From the NCBI GenBank assembly GCA_039714155.1, contig JBDLJX010000003.1, positions 1-63,328 of the forward strand: a stretch of DNA of 63,328 nt, given 5' to 3'. Both the position numbers and the translations under genes were made by a program. The DNA is from Pseudomonadota bacterium (GTDB lineage: Bacteria > Pseudomonadota > Gammaproteobacteria > UBA9214). Below are positions 8,958 to 16,595 of the stretch, piece by piece (position 1 is the stretch's first letter; each line of letters opens with the position of its first letter). The notes beneath the pieces are model-generated. The model did not search any database and had not been told where the DNA came from. It saw nothing but the letters and a program-made list of their open reading frames with translations.

Positions 8958-9356
8958 TCACCGCATTGGTGACAGGCTGACGTTCACTGGTATCCGCTCA
9001 CCGGGGTCGTAAGACAACCGGGTGGTCTCCGTCTCACCGCCATAGCGATAGGTCACCCGGTAACCGCTAATGTGTTCGCGAGCGCGTTGTTCAGTGACGT
9101 TTCTGCAGCGGTGCTGTTGCTGCCACTGACGAACCTGATGCCGGATATCCTCACCGATGGTCGCCGCGATGTCGTTAAATTCCCGCGCCGTGGCATCCGG
9201 TTCAGTACATACCCGGCGTGTGATCGGCTCATAGCGTGTTTCCATGACAGGCTCTACGTTCAACACCGGCGCAAAGGCCTGGTATTCCACGGCGTGCGTG
9301 AAGCCGCTCATGAGCCAGACAAGCAACAGGACCTGTATCTTCATTCCGGTTCTCAT
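8958..9356 (-). CDS. Exported YcfJ-like protein lacking the glycine zipper
   Basis: Signal peptide; A.VLNVEPV.ET...C and GYRVTYRYGGE...DPGERIPV.V match the 5887 protein; zipper segment replaced. Confidence 0.75.
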   Translation of the reverse strand: MRTGMKIQVLLLVWLMSGFTHAVEYQAFAPVLNVEPVMETRYEPITRRVCTEPDATAREFNDIAATIGEDIRHQVRQWQQQHRCRNVTEQRAREHISGYRVTYRYGGETETTRLSYDPGERIPVNVSLSPMR

Positions 9357-9401
9357 TGGTCTGCTCCTGTTCAGTTTGCCGGATGCCTTGATGGTTTTGC
9401 A

Positions 9402-9471
9402 GTAGGAGCGACTTCAGTCGCGATGGGTTGTTAATAATTCAGCCAGTTATCGCGGCTGAAGCCGCTCCTAC
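9402..9471. repeat. REPIN-like inverted pair of family A REPs
   Basis: gtaggagcgacttcagtcgcga ... tcgcggctgaagccgctcctac. Confidence 0.85.
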
Positions 9472-9538
9472 GGTTGCTGTTTGTAATTATGTGAGACAGC
9501 AGTAACACTGCATACATAATCAGTTTCGTGTGCAACAT

Positions 9539-10333
9539 TTATCCAAACCCCATCTTGTCGAGCAACTGCTCTCCACTGCTGCGCTCGGCCTCGTCGGTAT
9601 ACTGCATCACTACATCAAAGCCACCTTCCGGTAGCCGAAACCAGTCCAGGCGCAAGTTACCAAACCCGGGCTGCAGCCGGTCAACAAAGGCGGCCGCACG
9701 GTAGGGACGGGAAAAATGGATGATGAACAGGCGATTCTGCCCCGCATAGCGTTGCCGTGCCGTGCCGCTGCGTGCCTTGCCGCTGCCGTTCAGGACATAC
9801 TCAAGATGCCGCAGGATATAGGCGCTGTACCAGACCGCACCGGCCGGCAAGCGCCCCCCGGACACAGGTATCCGTGAAGGTCCGTAATTATAGGCCGCCA
9901 GGGTGCGGTACCAGTTGCCATCATAGCGTTGCTGCAGTTCCTTCAGGTAGCGTGCACCGGCATCCACATTGGTACAGGGATCCAGCACCTCGGACAGGCG
10001 CTCCAGCCCCAGGTGTTTCGCCGTAGCGGGCCAGAGAATCTGCATCAGGCCGTAGGCATTGGCCTTCGAACGGGCCCGCGGTTTGAAATCACTCTCGCCC
10101 CTGGCAACGGCCAGTAACAGGGTTTCCGGCAGGTCATGGGCAGAGGCCGCGCGACTGAAGCAATGTGCATAGGGAAAGTCCAGTGCCGGCGAGGTTTGCA
10201 GGGCGTTCGTCGCATAGGTCTGCCAGCGCGCTTCCGTTGCCAGGCGATCGATCGAGGTATCCGTTTTCGCAGCTGCTGTGGTGGTCCACGACACACTTAT
10301 ACAAAGTATCAGTATCGATGGATGCCGCAGCAT
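9539..10333 (-). CDS. SLT-family lytic transglycosylase with C-terminal SPOR-like domain
   Basis: AVARGESDF (catalytic Glu), AYGLMQI, NVDAGARYL, LAAYNYG; signal peptide; short C-terminal alpha/beta domain. Confidence 0.9.
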   Translation of the reverse strand: MLRHPSILILCISVSWTTTAAAKTDTSIDRLATEARWQTYATNALQTSPALDFPYAHCFSRAASAHDLPETLLLAVARGESDFKPRARSKANAYGLMQILWPATAKHLGLERLSEVLDPCTNVDAGARYLKELQQRYDGNWYRTLAAYNYGPSRIPVSGGRLPAGAVWYSAYILRHLEYVLNGSGKARSGTARQRYAGQNRLFIIHFSRPYRAAAFVDRLQPGFGNLRLDWFRLPEGGFDVVMQYTDEAERSSGEQLLDKMGFG

Positions 10334-10335
10334 GG

Positions 10336-10875
10336 CTATTCCAGTTCGAGTCCGGTTATGGTCTGAATATGCTCGACCAGCACCTGCCGTTCCCCGTCAT
10401 CCCGGTAACTGAAAACCACCTGATAGTTTCCCGGGCTTTCATTCACCACTTCCATGGGCACATCAGTCGCCAGGGCCAGGCGTCGTGCAAAGCCGTTTGC
10501 CGCCCACTCGCTCCGGAAGGGACTCCAGACCCGATAGCGGGACCCCGCCATGTCGCCACTGCGATCATCGGTTTCCTGGGCAGCCACGGACTGATTCCAT
10601 GACTGCGGGTCCAGTGCCAGTTCGTTACCGGTAGCATCAGGCTTGCTCTCTTCAGCCGGGCTGGCAGTGTCTGTAACCGGAAGTACCGGGCTGTCGACAG
10701 CATTGTCGACCGGTACATCCTCTGCCGGTGCCGGTTCGGTAACCCTGCGGTCTGTATCCGCCTCACTGCTGACGACTTCCTTCACCAGCGTTGGCGAGTT
10801 GCCGGTACTCAGGGCCAGCAGGAATACCCCCGACATCAACAAGGCACCGACCAGAAATCCTATAGCCCGCGTCAT
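10336..10875 (-). CDS. Membrane-anchored protein with low-complexity linker and SPOR-like C-terminus
   Basis: ATGA overlap with the upstream stop; N-terminal TM; acidic Pro/Ala linker; RVWSPFRSEWAANGFARRL...YQVVF resembles the C-terminus of the neighbouring SLT. Confidence 0.7.
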   Translation of the reverse strand: MTRAIGFLVGALLMSGVFLLALSTGNSPTLVKEVVSSEADTDRRVTEPAPAEDVPVDNAVDSPVLPVTDTASPAEESKPDATGNELALDPQSWNQSVAAQETDDRSGDMAGSRYRVWSPFRSEWAANGFARRLALATDVPMEVVNESPGNYQVVFSYRDDGERQVLVEHIQTITGLELE

Positions 10876-12299
10876 GGCAACCGCCTCGCCGTCCACACGG
10901 CATGGTCGCGGTTCGCCGCGATCAGGCGGTCAAGCCTGTCCAGCCACGGGTCCCGGTCTTCAGCATCACCCTGCATACCCGCAGCATTGCTGCAGGCATC
11001 GGGCAGGTCCTGCAACAGCTGGCGAAATTGCCGTCCCGGTTCGGCGCCACTGACGGCAATGGCATAGACCGTTGGCCAGTCGGACGACTGAAAACGTGCC
11101 TCGGGAAACCGGTACGCATGCCTGCCCGGGTGTGCCTGTGCGGGGGCCGTCGTGTCACAGGTAGCGGACAGTTGACTGATACCGTCTTTGGTACCATGCG
11201 CAATCACAAACACCGCGTCGGCCTGTTCGACGTCCACTTCCAGCACCGGGCAGCCGTGCTGCCCGTCGCTGCAACTGTCACGCCAGGCACCACTGTTTGC
11301 GTGCCGCACCAGTTCCATGCGGGCAATGCTCGGCTTCATCCTGCTGCTATCCCGAGCCACGCTGCGTTTGCCGGGATGGCTGCCGGCGGGCGGGAGTCGA
11401 ATCCAGGTCGCCGTGTCCATGCCGGCAAGGTGGTCGCCGGAGCCCCCGGGATGCAGTATGACCCAGACCTGGTAAAGACCCGGCTGAATCATGTGGCTCT
11501 CGCCGCGCAGCACGAAGTTCGCCTGCCGGCCTGCATCGGTCACCTGTACCTCCCGGTAACGCGACAGGTTATTGCCGATCAACTGCAACAGGGTACGCAG
11601 CTGCGGCTGGTCAGAGGCAAGCTTGTCTACCTTGATTTTCAGGTCTTCCACATCCTGTTGCCGCAACAGGCAACTCAGGTTGTTGGCCAGGTAGGTTGCG
11701 GCCAGGTCCGGCTGGCCGGCACTGAAGGGCAAAACCCTGAGACCCCGCAGTGACTCATCGGTACGCCGCACTTGCAGGGCGCGCAACTCGTTACCGGTCA
11801 GACTCCCCGACCAGTGCTGGCTGAATCCGCTGACCCATTCACCTGCCTGCACATCCAGGGCACGCACCGATACGCGGAACTGTGCCGTTGCCGTGCGTGC
11901 AATCTCGATGCCGATAAAATAACTGGCATCACGACTTCTGCCGCACTGTACCTGGTCCAGCCGGCGGTGATGTCGGGCTTGCTGTTGCTGTGGTTGCCAG
12001 GGCACGTGTACGCCGGGCGTTTGCAGCAGGCTGTCCATGAGCCGGTCACGCATGCTGCGCGTCAGGCCGTCGATGTCCGGCTGTATATCGTCGCCATCGA
12101 GGTGCACGATAATCACCGGCTCGCCCTTGAAGCGCGGGTGCTGGCCAAGTTGTTGCGACACGTAGGGTGCAAGTTCGGTATCCACCCAGTCTTGCAGTGT
12201 TGACGGTGTGCCGTGCACGGGACGCAGCGGATTCTGACTGCAGCCGGCGGTCAGCAGCAGGAGCAGTAATGCAATCAGGGCATGGCGCCTGGTTATCAC
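10872..12299 (-). CDS. Uncharacterised 475 aa lipoprotein
   Basis: Lipobox LTAGC; N-terminal region loosely recalls FlgO/CsgG/TolB-N-like folds (unverified). Confidence 0.75.
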   Translation of the reverse strand: MITRRHALIALLLLLLTAGCSQNPLRPVHGTPSTLQDWVDTELAPYVSQQLGQHPRFKGEPVIIVHLDGDDIQPDIDGLTRSMRDRLMDSLLQTPGVHVPWQPQQQQARHHRRLDQVQCGRSRDASYFIGIEIARTATAQFRVSVRALDVQAGEWVSGFSQHWSGSLTGNELRALQVRRTDESLRGLRVLPFSAGQPDLAATYLANNLSCLLRQQDVEDLKIKVDKLASDQPQLRTLLQLIGNNLSRYREVQVTDAGRQANFVLRGESHMIQPGLYQVWVILHPGGSGDHLAGMDTATWIRLPPAGSHPGKRSVARDSSRMKPSIARMELVRHANSGAWRDSCSDGQHGCPVLEVDVEQADAVFVIAHGTKDGISQLSATCDTTAPAQAHPGRHAYRFPEARFQSSDWPTVYAIAVSGAEPGRQFRQLLQDLPDACSNAAGMQGDAEDRDPWLDRLDRLIAANRDHAVWTARRLP

Positions 12300-12302
12300 T
12301 TC

Positions 12303-13283
12303 TCACTCCTCCAGTACCACCTGGCCGTCGCTACGGATCACCAGCGCACCACCCTGCTGTCCCCGGGTGAGTGAGGCAATGGCCGCTTGTGTAGCTGCTG
12401 GCAATTGCACCCCCCAGACAACGGTGGACTGCCCGGGGCCGTCTGCCGTGTTTTTCAGGCTGTGAATGTAGTGTGCCGGCACGGTCAGCGCCGACATCTC
12501 GTGAAACCATCCTGGCAATGACTCTGGCGCAACAGCCGGCCTGCCCGCATCCATCGACAGGCGCCAGGCCTGTTGATTGGCCATGCCGTACAGGCTGACG
12601 CTACCCGCCGCGACCAGTCGATCGAGTGCGGCCGCGGAGGCAAAGCGCAAGCTAAACCCCTGCCTGGCGGGTACCGGTTTTACTGCGGGCGCTGCTGGTG
12701 CTTGTTTCTCGATCACAGACTTGTCCGGTTTTTGCTGTGACCGGCGCTTGATTGCCTCGATTTCCTTGCGGCTGTGATCCAGCTGCACCTGTGTGTCCAG
12801 CAGTCGCCCACGGAGTTCGTCCAGGTCCTGTTCTTGCTGCATCGAGGCCTGTTCGATATCGGCCAGCAGCTTGCGTCCCTGCTCAAGCTGCCGGTCCAGG
12901 GTGTCCAGCTGCGCTTCGAGGCGGTTGCGTTGCTCGCGTGCCTGTTGTGTTTGCCCGGCAAGCTGTTCAAGCTGTCGTTGCGCAACAGTCAGAACATGCT
13001 GCGTCCGCTCCTTTGCTGATTTCAGTGCCTGCAGTTCGACCTGCAGTTCCCGTACCTGTTGCTGCTGCGCCCTGATCTCCTGCCGTATCCTTGCCGCCTG
13101 CGGAGGCTGGGCGGGTTTGTCCGGCTCCTGTACCGGAATCCCCTGCACCAGTGCGAATATGGCCATCAGGCACAGACCGATGATTGACATGAAGCGCATG
13201 ACATCCGTTTGCAGGGCATCGGTATCTCTCCCTGCCGCACCGGCGGCAGCTGGATACTTTGCATGTCGGCGCCGCTGCATCAT
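12303..13283 (-). CDS. MotB/ExbD-like single-TM protein with ~120 aa coiled coil
   Basis: QTDVMRFMSIIGLCLMAIFALV: Asp at the start of a TM helix; heptad-rich segment; no OmpA-like domain seen. Confidence 0.7.
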   Translation of the reverse strand: MMQRRRHAKYPAAAGAAGRDTDALQTDVMRFMSIIGLCLMAIFALVQGIPVQEPDKPAQPPQAARIRQEIRAQQQQVRELQVELQALKSAKERTQHVLTVAQRQLEQLAGQTQQAREQRNRLEAQLDTLDRQLEQGRKLLADIEQASMQQEQDLDELRGRLLDTQVQLDHSRKEIEAIKRRSQQKPDKSVIEKQAPAAPAVKPVPARQGFSLRFASAAALDRLVAAGSVSLYGMANQQAWRLSMDAGRPAVAPESLPGWFHEMSALTVPAHYIHSLKNTADGPGQSTVVWGVQLPAATQAAIASLTRGQQGGALVIRSDGQVVLEE

Positions 13284-13945
13284 TGTTCTTCCTGTAATGT
13301 GTACGCCGTGCTTCCGCGTGTGCCAGCACCGTCGATAGACTCGCGTATATCACTGAGCAATGTTTCAACCCGGTTGGCGTGGTGTTGCTCCTGTGCCTCG
13401 TAATAGCGACTCAGCCGGGTTCCCAGCAGAGAACTCTTGATGACACGCATCAGGTAACCGCCAATGCCGCCGACGATGGTGGTTGTCAGCGCCGTCAGGA
13501 TGCCGCCCTCCACCAGCCGCTGCAGCACGGCATAGGCACCGGCTTGTGTCGCCACCCCCGGATCACCGAGGGCATACAACAGCGCACTGCGCATGCCGAT
13601 CGCGGTCCAGATCACGCCGATACCGAAGAACAGGCTGGTCCAGACATCGTTCAGATGCTCGAGCTGGCTGATCTCATCCTGTGGACGGTTGTCATCGAGC
13701 CGCTGTTGCAACGTCCGCAGGCTATGGATATACAGGCCCAGGGTGATGCCGAACGGCAGTATCGATAACCCCAGGTTGCGCCGGCTCCACTCAAACAGCA
13801 CCTGGATCCGGGGCGCCTCGAGAATGGATATCGAAATGACCTCGAGCACGCTCAGCAGGTACACCGCCACCAGGCCGGTGATGAAGCTGAGCGTCATGCC
13901 CAGCAACATACCCTTGAAAAAGCCGCGATCCCTCAGCTGTTTCAT
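13280..13945 (-). CDS. MotA/TolQ/ExbB-like proton-channel protein
   Basis: FFGIGVIWTAIGM (cf. lGllGTviGm) and GILTALTTTIVG (cf. GiatAL.tT..G) TM motifs. Confidence 0.75.
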   Translation of the reverse strand: MKQLRDRGFFKGMLLGMTLSFITGLVAVYLLSVLEVISISILEAPRIQVLFEWSRRNLGLSILPFGITLGLYIHSLRTLQQRLDDNRPQDEISQLEHLNDVWTSLFFGIGVIWTAIGMRSALLYALGDPGVATQAGAYAVLQRLVEGGILTALTTTIVGGIGGYLMRVIKSSLLGTRLSRYYEAQEQHHANRVETLLSDIRESIDGAGTRGSTAYTLQEEQ

Positions 13946-13951
13946 CGCCCA

Positions 13952-14509
13952 TTACTCAATCGGCCCACAGGCCTCGCAGGTGGCCTCCAGCACCAGTTCG
14001 GTCTCCTGATACAGGTTGCTGGCGCGGGTGTAATTAAGCCGGTCCGCACTGATCTTGAGCAGGCCCTGCTCCTTGTCGGCCAGTTCCCGGTTCATGTCAC
14101 GCATGACATCGGACTGGTGCGGGCAGGTTTGTGCACAGACACTGTAATCGCTGACCAGGGACACGTACTTGATACCAAAATAACGGTTATAGAGTTCCCG
14201 CGCCTGCCGCTTGCTCAACAGACCTGTGTCATTCGACCACAACAGGAAGTCGCTGAAGCTGGCCTTGTTCTCCTTTTTCGGGTCGCCTTCCGCGATCGTC
14301 AGCAGGCGCTGGAAGTAGGCATCGAACTCATGTTCGCAACCGGTTTCCAGATCGAAGCGGGCGGCACTGATGGCACGTTCCAGGTTCGGTCCCTCCGGCA
14401 GGCTGCAGGCAGTCGCGTGGGTGGGATTGCTGCTGCAGGCGGCCAGTGACGTGGTGATAGCCGCCACGGTAACGAGTCCGGTCAGTTTGATTTTCATTGC
14501 TGTGTTCAT
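13952..14509 (-). CDS. Uncharacterised helical Cys-containing lipoprotein
   Basis: Lipobox SLAAC; SD GGAG upstream; Cys pairs CAQTC, CEAC. Confidence 0.75.
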   Translation of the reverse strand: MNTAMKIKLTGLVTVAAITTSLAACSSNPTHATACSLPEGPNLERAISAARFDLETGCEHEFDAYFQRLLTIAEGDPKKENKASFSDFLLWSNDTGLLSKRQARELYNRYFGIKYVSLVSDYSVCAQTCPHQSDVMRDMNRELADKEQGLLKISADRLNYTRASNLYQETELVLEATCEACGPIE

Positions 14510-14533
14510 GCCTTTTCTCCAGTTCAGTTGCTG

Positions 14534-15373
14534 TCACATTTGCAGGGCACTTTCATAGCCGTGGTCGGCCGGCCCGGCGGGCGGGATGGCCATCGGCATG
14601 ACGTCCAGTTCTTCACCGAACAGGATGGCCTTGACGCCGGCCACCACTTCCTGCATCTCCGGGGTAATGGTCCCGAATGACTGGTTAAGCTGTTCCATCA
14701 GGGTTGCGCGGCTGATCTCTTCGCGGGTACGTGCGATCAGACTGGACGTCTCCTGCATATCGAGATAGATATCCGAGGCAATCACGGCCAGTGAGGAATT
14801 GTTCTTGCCACCGGAACGCGACACCAGCTTGTAATACTGGCTAAAGCGGGCACTGAGCCGCATGCCCGAGCGGCCGCGCAGTGATGGCTGACTGGCAGCG
14901 GCCGATTTACCGGACTCTGCCCCTATCAGCAGTTCCTGCAGGGTCCAGGACGTTTTCTTCTGGCCCAGTTCCTTGCGAATGCGCTTCTCGAGACTGGACG
15001 AGGTGGCATTCACCGCGGTTTCCATCTCCGGCAGCTTGTCTGCCATGATATTCAGCATCTCGAGATAACTTTTTCCGAGTTGCCTGGCAATGCGCTCGCA
15101 ACCGGGATCACCTTCGTTGCCTTCGCACTTGCTGCCCAGGTAAAGCTTTTGCTGTTCATCCAGCTGGCTGATAACGCCCTGCAGCCCGGTTTCCATCTCC
15201 GCGGCGACATTGCCGGTATGCTTGATTTCCTCCAGTACGGTGGTCGGAAACAACTTGATAGTCGGTGCAGTCGGACTTGCATAAGCGCCCACCGGCAGCA
15301 GCAGGCAGCCGGTCAGCAGCTGTTTGAAAAAATTCCGTGTGCCTTTCCAGTCACAGATCGTTGCAATCTTCAT
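14534..15373 (-). CDS. Uncharacterised secreted helical/coiled-coil protein (first gene of the operon)
   Basis: AAGGAGG SD before ATG 15373; signal peptide ending AYA; CEGNEGDPGC loop. Confidence 0.75.
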   Translation of the reverse strand: MKIATICDWKGTRNFFKQLLTGCLLLPVGAYASPTAPTIKLFPTTVLEEIKHTGNVAAEMETGLQGVISQLDEQQKLYLGSKCEGNEGDPGCERIARQLGKSYLEMLNIMADKLPEMETAVNATSSSLEKRIRKELGQKKTSWTLQELLIGAESGKSAAASQPSLRGRSGMRLSARFSQYYKLVSRSGGKNNSSLAVIASDIYLDMQETSSLIARTREEISRATLMEQLNQSFGTITPEMQEVVAGVKAILFGEELDVMPMAIPPAGPADHGYESALQM

Positions 15374-15446
15374 TGGGAGCCCCTCCTTGCAGTCATTGAT
15401 ATCATGATTTACCTTGAAGCCTTCGCGGCCTGTGTTTGTGAGGATT

Positions 15447-15480
15447 AATATAGGCAAGTGTTCCTGAACAGAACCTGAAT
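15447..15480 (-). promoter_or_regulatory. PhoP-type direct-repeat box plus -10 for the 15373 operon
   Basis: Minus strand ATTCAG-gttct-GTTCAG, 11 nt, TATATT; same geometry as 5781-5814. Confidence 0.7.
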
Positions 15481-15508
15481 GGCGCTGAAAAAAGGCTGGT
15501 GGTGACAG

Positions 15509-15556
15509 GCGGGAGCGCCGGCCCCGGCGTGAAACACGGCTGGAAGACGCTCCTGC
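15509..15556. repeat. Degenerate family A REP pair
   Basis: gcgggagcgccggccccggcgtga...gacgctcctgc. Confidence 0.6.
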
Positions 15557-15701
15557 AGGTTATCAGCATGTACAGGCTGGATCAGGCCGGCAGGCCGCGT
15601 AATCCGGCAGTAATTCCGGGCCTGAACGAGCGGATGCCTGAATTTTGCTACAATCAGGACAGGAGAATAATGAAAAGCGATGTCGGGCCGATTACATTCC
15701 A

Positions 15702-16595
15702 GTGACTAACAACTCTTCCATATCGGGGATACAAGGACTTCTGGCAATACCCCTGTCGTTGTTGCTGCTCTCGGCCACGGTATTTTCTTCCAGTGTGTTT
15801 GGACATGCCGGTATTCAGGAGGAGATCAAAGAGATCACCCGGTTGATCCGGCAAGACCCGGCGAATGCGCAATTGTATTTGCAGCGCGGCGATCTATACC
15901 GCATTCACCAGGACTGGGATCATGCGCGGGAAGATTTTCACAAGGCACTGCAAGCGGGTACCGATGATGCCAGTGCCGAGACCGGTCTGGGCCGGACTTG
16001 TTTTGACCAGGGCTTGCACCAGCAGGCGCTTGCGCATCTGAACCGTGCGCTGGCCCTGCAACCGGGCAATGTGCGTGCGCTGGTCACCCGGGCAAAGACC
16101 TGGAGGGTGCTGGGCAAACCGCTTGCCACCGCCGCGGATTACACGCGGGCCATCCGGCAATTTCAGTCACCCCGGGAACCACTGCCCGAGTATTATCTGC
16201 AACGTGCCCGTGCATATGCCGCGGCAGGCGATCCACACATCGGCCAGGCCCTGCAGGGCCTGGATGAAGGCATGCAGGTACTGGGCAATATCCAGACCCT
16301 CGCACTTTATGCCGTGGAACTCGAAACACAGCGCGGCAATGTCGAAGCGGCGCTTGAGCGTCTCGATACCATCCTGGCAGGTTCGCCGCGCAGGGAATCC
16401 CTGCTGCTGCAACGCGGCGACATCCTGCTGGCGGCAAATCGCAACGCGGAAGCACAACAGGAGTTTCTCGCGGCACAGGCGGCAATTGCTGCCCTGCCCC
16501 TGCAACGCCGTCACACCCGATCGATGCAGCAACTGGCAGCGGCACTGACTGGCCGATTGCAATCAGCAGCACAGCAGGATGATCATGCACAGTAG
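15702..16595 (+). CDS. Exported tetratricopeptide-repeat protein
   Basis: Repeated TPR helices (AQLYLQRGDLYR..QDW..A..DF..AL); signal-like N-terminus; start uncertain (15645 or GTG 15702). Confidence 0.8.
   Translation: MTNNSSISGIQGLLAIPLSLLLLSATVFSSSVFGHAGIQEEIKEITRLIRQDPANAQLYLQRGDLYRIHQDWDHAREDFHKALQAGTDDASAETGLGRTCFDQGLHQQALAHLNRALALQPGNVRALVTRAKTWRVLGKPLATAADYTRAIRQFQSPREPLPEYYLQRARAYAAAGDPHIGQALQGLDEGMQVLGNIQTLALYAVELETQRGNVEAALERLDTILAGSPRRESLLLQRGDILLAANRNAEAQQEFLAAQAAIAALPLQRRHTRSMQQLAAALTGRLQSAAQQDDHAQ

Noticed and set aside
12303-13945. Calling the MotA/MotB-like pair Zorya (ZorAB) or flagellar motAB
   Set aside because: The A subunit is short with no long cytoplasmic tail, the B subunit has no OmpA-like domain, and no zorC/D/E or flagellar genes are adjacent
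9539-15373. Conjugative or type IV secretion system suggested by the SLT
   Set aside because: No VirB4/coupling ATPase, relaxase or pilin motif in the operon
15435-15465. sigmaE-like promoter GGAACAC-N16-TCACA on the minus strand
   Set aside because: Weak match; the PhoP-type box plus TATATT explains the same bases and recurs at 5781
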